Assembly (NCBI GenBank): GCA_017577925.2
Contig: PKQU02000001.1
Coordinates: forward strand, 839-64,838
Origin: Bacillota bacterium
GTDB taxonomy: Bacteria > Bacillota > Bacilli > Calditerricolales > Calditerricolaceae
Reading direction: 5' to 3'
Length of the DNA: 64,000 nucleotides
Shown here: positions 55,377 to 63,793 of the stretch, piece after piece
How positions within the stretch are numbered: the stretch's first letter is position 1
Layout of the letters: each line of letters opens with the position of its first letter
Position numbers and translations under genes: made by a program
The notes under the pieces: model-generated
Database searches by the model: none
Told to the model about the DNA's origin: nothing
Seen by the model: only the letters and a program-made list of their open reading frames with translations

Positions 55377-55412
55377 GTTAAAAAATAGGCCCGCAAAAAC
55401 GGGCCCTTTCTT
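55377..55412. terminator. Bidirectional intrinsic terminator at the right island border
   Basis: A6, stem GGCCCG/CGGGCC, 6-nt loop, then CTTTCTT. Confidence 0.7.
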
Positions 55413-55570
55413 GTGTGATCGATGATCACCGTGTTGCCATAGCCATTCATAAGCCAAACCTTGGCGAAATGCCATGGGCCGATGGTACCGGCCAAGCCAA
55501 TACGGTGGCACGGCGACCGGCAAAAAACGAGCGGGCTGCCGACAGGGGTTGGTCGACAGCCCTCTGTCTG

Positions 55571-56200
55571 TTACCGGTTGGCTTTGAGGGCGGCGGCGAT
55601 GCGGGCCACGCGCTCGCCGAGACGGGCAGCCATCGTCTTCTCCCGCTCGTCCGGCATGCGCGAACCGTCCGGACCGGCCACCGTCGAGGCGCCGTAGGGC
55701 GTACCGCCGATGCCTTCGGCGGTGAGCTGTTCTTGGTTTTCGCCGTACGGCAGGCCCACATAGATCATGCCGAAGTGGAGCATCGGGACGATGGAGGTGA
55801 GGAGCGTGGCTTCCTGCCCCCCGTGGATGGAGCCGGTGCTGGTGAACACGGAGGTTACCTTGCCTTCCAGCGCGCCGGACGCCCACAGGCCGCCGGCGGT
55901 GTCGATGAACTGCTTCATTTGCGCCGGCATCATCCCGAAGCGGGTGGGTACGCCCCAGATGATCCCATCGGCCCACTTCAGATCATCGTGGGTGGCCTCG
56001 GGGATGTCTTTCTGGGCCTCTTGCGCCTTCACATAGGCTTCTTGTGTCGACATGGCCTGACGTGCTGCCTCGAATTCCGGCACCTTGGCGATCTTTACGT
56101 TGGCGCCGGCGCGCTTGGCTCCCTCGGCGACAGCCTTGGCCATTTCAAAGGTGTGGCCGTAAGCGCTGTAGTAGACGACGAGGATGTTGGGACTGGTCAT
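55571..56200 (-). CDS. wrbA: NAD(P)H:quinone oxidoreductase, type IV (flavodoxin-like)
   Basis: ILVVYYSAYGHTFEMAKAVAEGA...GVPTRFGMMPAQMKQFIDT...FTSTGSIHGGQE. ATG 7 nt after AAAGGAGTGA. Confidence 0.9.
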   Translation of the reverse strand: MTSPNILVVYYSAYGHTFEMAKAVAEGAKRAGANVKIAKVPEFEAARQAMSTQEAYVKAQEAQKDIPEATHDDLKWADGIIWGVPTRFGMMPAQMKQFIDTAGGLWASGALEGKVTSVFTSTGSIHGGQEATLLTSIVPMLHFGMIYVGLPYGENQEQLTAEGIGGTPYGASTVAGPDGSRMPDEREKTMAARLGERVARIAAALKANR

Positions 56201-56291
56201 TTGTGCTTCACTCCTTTTGCCAAAGATTCGTTGCCACCAGCTGGGCATTGCGCGTTCCTCCTGGGGGTAGGTTCGGGAGGGAGCGATGCGC

Positions 56292-56317
56292 AAATATCTC
56301 GATGTTAAATATCTTGA
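56292..56317. promoter_or_regulatory. Direct repeat AAATATCT(C/T)GA x2 (15-bp period), candidate MarR operator
   Basis: 56292-56302 and 56307-56317 match at 10/11 positions. Lies just downstream of the predicted wrbA -10. Confidence 0.3.
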
Positions 56318-56327
56318 GTTCGAAATG

Positions 56328-56357
56328 ATTATATCCCCGACCGCATCGGTCCGTCAA
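56328..56357 (-). promoter_or_regulatory. Sigma-A promoter of wrbA
   Basis: Minus strand: TTGACG, 18 nt, TATAAT. Confidence 0.5.
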
Positions 56358-56373
56358 GGGCGCGGCTCGGCAT

Positions 56374-56402
56374 TTGACCGAACCCCTTCCATCGACTAGA
56401 AT
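56374..56402 (+). promoter_or_regulatory. Sigma-A promoter of the MarR gene
   Basis: TTGACC, 17 nt, TAGAAT. Back-to-back with the wrbA promoter (the two -35 boxes are 16 bp apart). Confidence 0.55.
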
Positions 56403-56505
56403 GTTCCCACAGCGAGGTTTTCTATACGGCGCAAGCTTGCCGCAAAGCGCACGCTTCGGAGGGAACGTGGTGTTCTTGCGAGGCGTGACGTAAGGAGTGG
56501 GCACG

Positions 56506-56979
56506 ATGACCCGGAGAACGGAAGAAACGGAGCGCGCGCTGCACTTGTTCCGTGTGCTGGTGCGCGCCCACCGCAGCGTGGTGGAGCATTCGGTTCGCGA
56601 CATCAAATCCCACGGGTTGCACCCGACGGAATTTGCCGTGCTGGAGCTCTTGTACCACAAAGGGCCGCAGCCGCTCCAGCGCATTGCCACCAGCATCTTG
56701 CTGGCCAGCGGTAGTGTTACCTATGTGGTGGATAAGTTGGAGAAAAACGGAATGCTGCGGCGGGAAGCCTGCCCGACGGACCGCCGCGTGGTGTACGCCG
56801 TGCTGACCGATCAAGGCCGGGCGCTCTTGGAGCGCATCTTTCCCGACCATGCCGAGACCATTCGCCGCGCGGTGGGCGGCCTTTCGGCACACGAACAGGA
56901 GACGCTGATCGCGCTGTTGAAACGCATGGGGCTGCACGCCCAGCGCCTGCTTGACGAGACGGGCGTGCGGAAAGGTTGA
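56506..56979 (+). CDS. MarR-family transcriptional regulator
   Basis: Winged HTH: LHPTEFAVLELLYHKGPQPLQRIATSILLASGSVTYVVDKLEKNGMLRREACPTDRRVVYAVLT. ATG 6 nt after TAAGGAGTG. Confidence 0.9.
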   Translation: MTRRTEETERALHLFRVLVRAHRSVVEHSVRDIKSHGLHPTEFAVLELLYHKGPQPLQRIATSILLASGSVTYVVDKLEKNGMLRREACPTDRRVVYAVLTDQGRALLERIFPDHAETIRRAVGGLSAHEQETLIALLKRMGLHAQRLLDETGVRKG

Positions 56980-56988
56980 GGTGCCGAT

Positions 56989-57924
56989 ATGGTGACGTAT
57001 GTCGTGAGCAAGGCGGAGAGCGGCAAAAAGCTGCACCGCTTGCTGCGCCACTTGTTGCCCAACATGCCTCTTGGTCGGCTGTACAAGATGATCGACCAGG
57101 GGCACGTCCGGGTGAACGGCAAGCGTAAAAAGAAGGAATACGCGGTGGCGGAAGGCGATGTGCTCTCCTTCCAGATGACGGAGGAGGAGTATCGCCAGGC
57201 GGCGGCCGGCCCGCGCAAGCGAAAATTCGCCGGCGTGCCGGCGGACCTTGACGTGGTGTACGAGGACGACGAGCTCCTCGTGGTCAACAAGCCTCCGGGT
57301 CTGCTGGTCCACCCGGACCGGACGGAGTACAAGAATACCCTGATCGCCCGCGTACACGCCTACTTGTACCGAAAGGGCGAGCTGGACAGCCGCTTCTTCT
57401 TGCCGGCGGCGGCGGGGCGCCTGGACCGCAACACGAGCGGGCTAGTCCTGGTCGGGAAGACGGCAGGGATGCTCCACCAGCTCAACCGGTGGCACCAGGA
57501 GCGGGCCATCGGCAAGTTCTACCTGACCGTGGTGGAGGGAACGCCGCCGGCGGAAGGAGAGATCCGCCGTGCCCTCATGCGCGACCCGTCGGCCAACCGG
57601 ACGCGCGTCGCATCCGGCGGCAAGGACGCGGTCACGCGCTACCGCGTGCTGGACGCGCAAGGCGGATATGCCCTGGTGGAGGTGGAGCTCGTCAGCGGGC
57701 GCACGCACCAGATCCGTGCCCACTTGCAGAGCATCGGCCATCCGCTGCTCGGGGACGTCAAGTATGGCGGGCGGCCGGCCTTTGGGGTGAACCACCAGCT
57801 GTTGCACGCCTGGCGCGTGGGCTTGCCCGACGGCCGCGTGTTTGTGGCCCCGCTTCCCGACGTGTTTGCCCGCGTGGTGAAGGCCATCGGCTTGCGCATG
57901 CCGGAGTGGAGGGAAAGCCAATGA
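56989..57924 (+). CDS. RluA-family pseudouridine synthase with N-terminal S4-like domain
   Basis: VVYEDDELLVVNKPPGLLVHP, GRLDRNTSGLVLV and GRTHQIRAHL motifs. Confidence 0.9.
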   Translation: MVTYVVSKAESGKKLHRLLRHLLPNMPLGRLYKMIDQGHVRVNGKRKKKEYAVAEGDVLSFQMTEEEYRQAAAGPRKRKFAGVPADLDVVYEDDELLVVNKPPGLLVHPDRTEYKNTLIARVHAYLYRKGELDSRFFLPAAAGRLDRNTSGLVLVGKTAGMLHQLNRWHQERAIGKFYLTVVEGTPPAEGEIRRALMRDPSANRTRVASGGKDAVTRYRVLDAQGGYALVEVELVSGRTHQIRAHLQSIGHPLLGDVKYGGRPAFGVNHQLLHAWRVGLPDGRVFVAPLPDVFARVVKAIGLRMPEWRESQ

Positions 57925-58346
57925 CGGACAGCATTGCCCTGGAAGGGATGGTCTTTTACGGGTACCACGGGGTGTACGAGGAAGAACGGCGCCTCGGCCA
58001 GCGCTTTGTCGTCGACCTGCGCCTGGACGTCGACTTGCGCGAGGCCGGGCGATCCGACCGCCTCGAGGCCAGCGTCGACTACGTCCAGGTGTACCGCGAC
58101 GTGCGCGCCGTGGTGGAGGGCGAGCCCCTGCGGCTCATCGAAGCGGTGGCCGAGCGGATTGCCCAGGTGGTTCTCGACCGTCACCCGCGGGTGACGCGGG
58201 TGACGGTGACGGTGAAGAAACCGGCGGTGCCCCTGCCCGGTGCACTGGCCCACGCGGCGGTGACCCTGTCGCGCGGCCGGGAAGACGTGCGGGGGGGAGA
58301 AGGCGCGGCGGACGGGGATAAACGGGGAACGGGGGTGATGGGATGA
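57921..58346 (+). CDS. folB: Dihydroneopterin aldolase
   Basis: IALEGMVFYGYHGVYEEERRLGQRFVVDL...VDYVQVY...LIEAVAERIA. ATGA overlap with the upstream gene. Confidence 0.88.
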   Translation: MTDSIALEGMVFYGYHGVYEEERRLGQRFVVDLRLDVDLREAGRSDRLEASVDYVQVYRDVRAVVEGEPLRLIEAVAERIAQVVLDRHPRVTRVTVTVKKPAVPLPGALAHAAVTLSRGREDVRGGEGAADGDKRGTGVMG

Positions 58347-59185
58347 GGGCAGAAAGCGGATGTCACGCAGCCGCGAGTACCCGTGACAATTGGTACGAAA
58401 CCAGTTTTCGCGAGGATTATCTCCTGGTCTACCGCCACCGCGATGAGGCGGCGGCGGAACGCGAGCTGGGGGCGCTGCTCGACTTCTTGGGCCTGCCGCC
58501 CGGATCGCGGGTGTTGGATGCCTGCTGCGGCACCGGACGGCACAGCGTGGTCCTCGCGCGGCGGGGCTACTGCGTGGTGGGGGTGGATCTATCGGAAGTG
58601 CTGCTGACGCGCGCGCAGGCGAAATCTTCGGGGCTGCCGGTGCGGTTTGTGCGACAGGACGTGCGCAAGTTGGACGTTGGCGGCGATTACGACGCCGTCT
58701 TCAACCTGTTTACCAGTTTCGGGTATTTTTCCGACGCCGACAACCAGCGGGCCCTCTGCCGCATGGCGCGGGCACTTCGCCCCGGGGGGATCTTCGTTCT
58801 CGATTACTTGAACCCCGCCTACGTACGGAATACCCTCGTCCCCCATTCCGTGCGCACGGTGGACGGCGCGCGCATTGAAGAGACGCGGACGATTGTTGAT
58901 ACGCCGATGCCGCGCGTGGAGAAAGCCATTGTCGTCACCGACTCCCGCGGCACGCGCACCTATCGGGAGTCGGTCCGCCTCTACACGCCGGAGGAGATGG
59001 CCCGGCTGTTCCAGAACGCCGGTTTGCGCATCCGGCACTGGTTTGGCGACTATACCCTCGCGCCTTACGAGGAGGCCGCCTCGCCGCGCATGATCGTGGT
59101 GGCGGAGCGGATGGGATCGGGTGCGCCGGCGGGCGGAAGCGGCGCCGGTAGGGACGAGGGCGACCGGGGAGGGAACGGCTCGTGA
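58343..59185 (+). CDS. Class I SAM-dependent methyltransferase
   Basis: Motif I VLDACCGTGRHS, post-I VVGVDLS, and motif II/III DAVFNLFTSFGYF...LRPGGIFVLD. Confidence 0.85.
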   Translation: MRAESGCHAAASTRDNWYETSFREDYLLVYRHRDEAAAERELGALLDFLGLPPGSRVLDACCGTGRHSVVLARRGYCVVGVDLSEVLLTRAQAKSSGLPVRFVRQDVRKLDVGGDYDAVFNLFTSFGYFSDADNQRALCRMARALRPGGIFVLDYLNPAYVRNTLVPHSVRTVDGARIEETRTIVDTPMPRVEKAIVVTDSRGTRTYRESVRLYTPEEMARLFQNAGLRIRHWFGDYTLAPYEEAASPRMIVVAERMGSGAPAGGSGAGRDEGDRGGNGS

Positions 59186-59856
59186 TCCCCGCGCTGCTGT
59201 GGACGATCAGCGCGCTCATCGGCGCCGCTTTTGCGGTGCGCGTCGGAATCCGGTTTTGGCGCACCCGCAGGCTGCACCACGCCGCCTGGTTCGTGGGATT
59301 CGCGCTCTACACCTTCACCGCGCTGGCCAGCGCGCTTGCCTACGCGGTGGGCTGGAACCCGTGGATGTACAAGTTGTGGTACGTGGCCGCGGCGGCCTTG
59401 GTGGCCTTCCTCGGGGCCGGGGAGCTGTACTTCGTGGCCCGGCCCCGCTGGGCACACGCCTTTTTGGGCGCGATGGTTCTTGTGGCGCTGGCCATGCTGG
59501 TAAAGGCGCTGACCGTTCCCGTTGACCTGGCGCGCCTCGGGGCGGGCGGTGAGATCGGCGGCGAGGCCCTTCCCGGAAGTGTGCGCCTCTTTTCCCCCCT
59601 TCTCACGATCCCGGGCAGCCTGGCGCTGATCGGGGGGGCGCTGTGGTCGGGCCTGCGCCGTCGGTCGGTAGCCGGTCTGTGGGTGGCTGCGGGTTCCCTT
59701 ATCATGGCCAGTGGCGGCACGTTGACGCGCTTCGGGATGGCCGAGCTGTTGCCGGTGGCCAATTCCGTCGGCGTTGTCCTGTTGTATGCCGGCTACGTCA
59801 TCGCGGGCGTCCGTCAGATGGAAAGCGGGATCGTATCGGAGAAGACGGCAGGATGA
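59182..59856 (+). CDS. Hypothetical polytopic membrane protein
   Basis: 224 aa, about 6 hydrophobic segments. GTG overlapping the upstream stop. Confidence 0.65.
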   Translation: MIPALLWTISALIGAAFAVRVGIRFWRTRRLHHAAWFVGFALYTFTALASALAYAVGWNPWMYKLWYVAAAALVAFLGAGELYFVARPRWAHAFLGAMVLVALAMLVKALTVPVDLARLGAGGEIGGEALPGSVRLFSPLLTIPGSLALIGGALWSGLRRRSVAGLWVAAGSLIMASGGTLTRFGMAELLPVANSVGVVLLYAGYVIAGVRQMESGIVSEKTAG

Positions 59857-59899
59857 CGCCCCGAGGGGTCGGAACGAAAACACGGTACCCGTAAATGGG

Positions 59900-59923
59900 C
59901 GGGGGCATGGCCCCCGTGTTTTT
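59900..59923 (+). terminator. Intrinsic terminator
   Basis: Stem CGGGGGC/GCCCCCG followed by TGTTTTTG. Confidence 0.65.
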
Positions 59924-59953
59924 GTCCCGGCAGACGACGATCGGAAGGAGGCG

Positions 59954-61993
59954 ATGGCGGTGTTCCTCGTTCTCGGCCCGGACGCGTTCGCCGACGTGGC
60001 GGAAGCGACGCGACGGGAGTGGCTGGAGACGAACGGTCTGGGCGGCTACGCCATGGGCACGGTGGGGCAGCTGCCGACGCGAAAGTACCACGGTTACCTG
60101 ACGGCGTCGCTTGCGCCGCCGACGGACCGGGTGAACCTCGTGCCGCATCTGGAGGAGACGTTGTGGGTGGACGGGGGGCCGTACCGGCTTTCTGGTGTCT
60201 ATGTCCCCGACGGGCTGGAAGTGCCGGAGCTGGCGGTCTTTCGCCAGTTCGTGCCGGATCCCTTTCCCACGTGGACCTTTGCCGTGGGCGATGTAACGTT
60301 GGTGAAGCGCGTGGCCATGGTGCACGGACAAAATGCCACGGTGGTGTCCTATCGCGTGATTGGCGGAGGGGAGCGCTCCGTGGACCTGACCGTCCGTCCG
60401 CATGTGGCCGGGCGCGACCACCACGCGACCCTCGGACCGGAGCACGGGGGGTTTTCCCTGCACCGGCACCCGGTAGGGGACGGGTTGGTGCTGCGTGTGG
60501 ACCTTGAGGCGTTGGGACGAGCGGTGATCCTTTTCGCCACCCGCGGAACCGTTGACGTGCATCCCGAGCGGCGCATGCTGCGTTATCCCGAGGAGGAGCG
60601 CCGCGGAGAGGGGGGCCATGTCGAGGCGTGCTGGGTCCCGGGAACGTGGCGTGTCCGCCTGCGCGATGGGGATGAGGTGTACCTGGTGCTGGCCCTTGGC
60701 GGGGAGGCGGCGGATCCGGTGCGCGCGGCGGTGGAGGCCTACGGCGATCCGGCGAAGCTGGTGGAAACGGAAGCGGAGCGGCGCGCGCGCTTGGCCGATG
60801 CGGCGGGCTTTTCCCATCCGTTGTGGCGTCGCCTGGCAGTGGCCGCCGACCAGTTCCTCGTGCACCGCGCCACGACCGGTACGACGAGTGTCATTGCCGG
60901 GTACCCCTGGTTCAACGATTGGGGGCGCGACGCCCTGATCGCCCTGCCCGGGCTGACGCTGGCCGTGGGGCGACCCGATGTGGCGCGGGAGATCCTCCTC
61001 ACCTACGCCCGGCACGTTCGCGACGGGCTCATCCCCAACATGTTCGCCGACCGCGGCGGGGAGCCGCTGTACAACGCCGTGGACGCCCCGCTGTGGTTCT
61101 TCGAGGCGGCGGCCAAGTACTGGCAGCATACCGGCGACGGCGCGTTTCTGCGTGAGCATTTGCTCGACGCGATGAGCCGGATCGTGCACGGCTATCTCGA
61201 GGGCACACGCCACGGGATTCGGGTTGACGCCGATGGGCTGGTACGGGCCGGGGAGCCGGGCGTGCAGCTGACGTGGATGGATGCGAAGGTGGGCGACTGG
61301 GTGGTGACACCGCGAAGCGGCAAGCCGGTGGAAGTGCAGGCCCTGTGGTACAACGCCCTGCGAATCATGGGGGCCGTCTCCCGCGCCTGCGGCCAGGAGG
61401 ATCCCTTCACGCCCCTGGCCGAAAAAACGAAGACCTCCTTTGTGGAGGCCTTCTGGAACGAGGAGAGAGGATATTTGTACGACGTCGTCGGTGACGACGG
61501 CGAGAAGGACCCCGCGCTGCGTCCCAACCAGATCTTTGCTGTCTCCCTGACCTACCCGATCTTGCCGTCCGACAAGCAGCGGCGCGTGGTCGATGCGGTG
61601 TGGCGCCACCTGCTCACGCCGTACGGGCTGCGTACCCTGGCCCCGCAAGATCCGCAGTACCGCGGGACGTACGGCGGTGACCGCTGGGCGCGCGACGCGG
61701 CGTATCACCAGGGAACGGTGTGGCCGTGGCTACTGGGGCCCTTCATCCGCGCCTTTCTGCGCGTCTACGGCGACGATCCGGCCAAGGTGGCGCTGGCCCG
61801 CTCCTGGCTGGAGGGCTTTGCCGCCCACCTTGCCGATGCCGGGGTGGGCACCGTCTCCGAGGTGTTTGACGGAGACGCCCCCCATCGCCCCGGCGGCTGC
61901 ATTGCCCAGGCGTGGAGCGTGGCCGAACTCTTGCGGGCGTGGGTGGAGGACGTCAGTCCGGCCAGCGCCACCCTTTCGGATAATGGTTTTTGA
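59954..61993 (+). CDS. Glycogen debranching enzyme (amylo-alpha-1,6-glucosidase, GDE_N + GDE_C architecture)
   Basis: 679 aa. REWLETNGLGGYAMGTV...TRKYHGYL N-terminus and (alpha/alpha)6 C-domain motifs GYPWFNDWGRDA, WMDA and GCIAQAWSVAE. ATG after GGAAGGAGG. Confidence 0.88.
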   Translation: MAVFLVLGPDAFADVAEATRREWLETNGLGGYAMGTVGQLPTRKYHGYLTASLAPPTDRVNLVPHLEETLWVDGGPYRLSGVYVPDGLEVPELAVFRQFVPDPFPTWTFAVGDVTLVKRVAMVHGQNATVVSYRVIGGGERSVDLTVRPHVAGRDHHATLGPEHGGFSLHRHPVGDGLVLRVDLEALGRAVILFATRGTVDVHPERRMLRYPEEERRGEGGHVEACWVPGTWRVRLRDGDEVYLVLALGGEAADPVRAAVEAYGDPAKLVETEAERRARLADAAGFSHPLWRRLAVAADQFLVHRATTGTTSVIAGYPWFNDWGRDALIALPGLTLAVGRPDVAREILLTYARHVRDGLIPNMFADRGGEPLYNAVDAPLWFFEAAAKYWQHTGDGAFLREHLLDAMSRIVHGYLEGTRHGIRVDADGLVRAGEPGVQLTWMDAKVGDWVVTPRSGKPVEVQALWYNALRIMGAVSRACGQEDPFTPLAEKTKTSFVEAFWNEERGYLYDVVGDDGEKDPALRPNQIFAVSLTYPILPSDKQRRVVDAVWRHLLTPYGLRTLAPQDPQYRGTYGGDRWARDAAYHQGTVWPWLLGPFIRAFLRVYGDDPAKVALARSWLEGFAAHLADAGVGTVSEVFDGDAPHRPGGCIAQAWSVAELLRAWVEDVSPASATLSDNGF

Positions 61994-63371
61994 GCTGGCC
62001 GCCGACCTGCTTGCCCCACCCCAGCGGATAACCGTCGACGGTGACCACCGTCCAGCCGGCTTCGCCGGCGCGGGGGAGCACCTCGCCGCGCAGGTAGGCC
62101 CGCACGGCCGGATCGTCGGCGGCAAAGTCGGCCCGCCGGCGGAAGGCGTCGCCTGGCAGGCCGAGGGCGAGCACGTGCCCCGGCTCGAAGCGGTCCTTCT
62201 TCACCGCGCCGAGGGGCCAGCCAAAACGGACGATGCGCAGGCCGCCGAGGTCGGGCAGGTCGCCGTGGCCGTCGGGCAGGCGGTACAGGAAGGCGCCCAC
62301 CAGGGCGAAGTCCCCCTCGACGGTCCGCGTCAGGGCCTCGCCTTCAAAGCGCCGGAACAGGGACACGGCTTCGGCCACTGCGCCGGCTGGGCGCATTCGC
62401 GTGCGGCGTTGGCCTTGTGCGGCGCGGGCAGCGGACGATTGCGCGTCCGCGTCGGCACGCTTTTCGAGCAGGGCGAGGAAATGCCCCTCGCCGCGCACGC
62501 GGTGGGGCCACAGGCGCACGGCGCGGGTGAGCGATTCCCGGCCGTCCGCCCATTCCGGGCGGCCCGGCGCGAAATGGGGCGCCGGGGGCGGGGCCACCAG
62601 ATCAAAGGACGGGTGTTCGTCGAGGAACCGGGCGATGACCCGCTCGTTCTCCTCGGGAGCGAAGGTGCAAGTGGAATAGACGAGCCGCCCCCCGGGGCGC
62701 AGCATGGCCGCTGCACTGCGCAGGATGGCCAGCTGCCGCCGGGCATGGGGCTCCAGCTGCCCTTCGTCCCATTCCCTGATCGTGTCCGGGTCTTTGCGGA
62801 ACATGCCTTCCCCCGAGCAGGGGGCGTCGACGAGGATGCGGTCGAAATAGCCGGCGAACCGCGCGGCGAGTCGGTCGGGCGATTCGTTCAGCACGAGGGC
62901 GTTTTTCACCCCGAACCGTTCCAGGTTGACCACCAGGGCCTTGACGCGCGCCGGATGGATTTCATTCGCCACCAGGAGACCCCGGTCGCCCATGCGCTGG
63001 GCCAAGTGCGTCGTCTTGCCGCCGGGGGCGGCGCACAAGTCGAGCACGCGCTCCCCCGGCTGCGGGTCGAGGAGGGTCGCCGCGGCCATGGCGCTGGGCT
63101 CCTGCAGGTAATAGAGCCCGGCGGCGTGGTAGGGATGCTTGCCCGGCTGGGCGGTCTCGTCGCAGTAGAAGCCTTCCGGACACCATGGCACCGGGTCCGG
63201 CGCCAGGCCGAGGCGGCGCGTCAGCTCCATGGGGGTGATCTTCAGCGTGTTGACCCGGAGGCCGTGGGTGCGCCCTTCGCGGTAGCTGGCCACAAAGGCG
63301 GCGAATTCCGCCGGGCCCAAGAGCGTGCGCATGCGGCGAAGAAAGGCTTCGGGCAACTTCGTGTTCACCAA
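61953..63371 (-). CDS. NOL1/NOP2/Sun-family RNA m5C methyltransferase (RsmF-like) with C-terminal PUA-like extension
   Basis: LYYLQEPSAM, DLCAAPGGKT and DAPCSGEGMFRKDP. GTG 7 nt after AAAGGAG. 3' end overlaps the debranching-enzyme gene by 41 nt. Confidence 0.88.
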   Translation of the reverse strand: MVNTKLPEAFLRRMRTLLGPAEFAAFVASYREGRTHGLRVNTLKITPMELTRRLGLAPDPVPWCPEGFYCDETAQPGKHPYHAAGLYYLQEPSAMAAATLLDPQPGERVLDLCAAPGGKTTHLAQRMGDRGLLVANEIHPARVKALVVNLERFGVKNALVLNESPDRLAARFAGYFDRILVDAPCSGEGMFRKDPDTIREWDEGQLEPHARRQLAILRSAAAMLRPGGRLVYSTCTFAPEENERVIARFLDEHPSFDLVAPPPAPHFAPGRPEWADGRESLTRAVRLWPHRVRGEGHFLALLEKRADADAQSSAARAAQGQRRTRMRPAGAVAEAVSLFRRFEGEALTRTVEGDFALVGAFLYRLPDGHGDLPDLGGLRIVRFGWPLGAVKKDRFEPGHVLALGLPGDAFRRRADFAADDPAVRAYLRGEVLPRAGEAGWTVVTVDGYPLGWGKQVGGQLKNHYPKGWRWPD

Positions 63372-63467
63372 TACCGCTCCTTTCGCGTCGGAAGGGGAAA
63401 GGGAAGGCGCAAAGCAACGCGTCGGGCGTCCGCGCGGCGGGAGAGCCTGCCGGCGGAGAACGGGTTT

Positions 63468-63476
63468 TGGTATACT
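63468..63476 (+). promoter_or_regulatory. Extended -10 promoter element upstream of the Rdx gene
   Basis: TGgTATACT, 57 nt upstream of the ATG. Confidence 0.4.
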
Positions 63477-63532
63477 AGTTTGTACTCCGCGCAGACGCGG
63501 GAGGCGACGACGGGAGAAGGAGGGGTTGTCCC

Positions 63533-63793
63533 ATGACCAAACATCGGATTACGCTGGAGTACTGCACCCTGTGAAGCTACGAGCCCCACGCCGTCCGGGT
63601 GACGGCGGAGCTGCTTACCGGGCTGAAGGGGCGTCTGGAGACGGTGACGCTCGTTCCCTCATCGGGCGGACGCTTTGAGGTGACCGTCGACGGCCAGCTT
63701 GTCTATTCCAAGCTGGAGACGGGGCGCTTCCCCGAAGACGGGGAGGTGCTGCGCCGGATCCGCGCGCATCTCGGTGAACCGGACGCGTCCTGA
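63533..63793 (+). CDS. Rdx (SelW/SelT/SelH-like) family thioredoxin-fold protein, predicted selenoprotein with in-frame TGA (Sec) at 63572-63574
   Basis: ATG 7 nt after GAGAAGGAGGGG. Translation MTKHRITLEYCTL-U-SYEPHAVRVTAELL...GGRFEVTVDGQLVYSKLETGRFPEDGEVLRRI matches the Rdx pattern IEYC-x-x-C/U with the TGA at the second redox position. The track shows only the 64-aa part after the TGA. Confidence 0.7.
63575..63612 (+). promoter_or_regulatory. Candidate bacterial SECIS hairpin
   Basis: 7-bp stem CGCCGTC/GACGGCG (63589-63607) with loop CGGGT, starting 15 nt after the TGA. A 4-bp lower stem AGCT/AGCT closes it. Confidence 0.45.

Larger units (their letters stand above)
47781..55412 (+). other. 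Low-GC genomic island (approximate borders): secreted small protein plus two ABC cassettes
   Basis: Hand G+C counts: 47821-47880 is 16/60, 48361-48420 is 30/60, and the flank 46501-46560 is 44/60. All genes are on one strand. Bounded by a consensus promoter and a bidirectional terminator. Confidence 0.7.
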
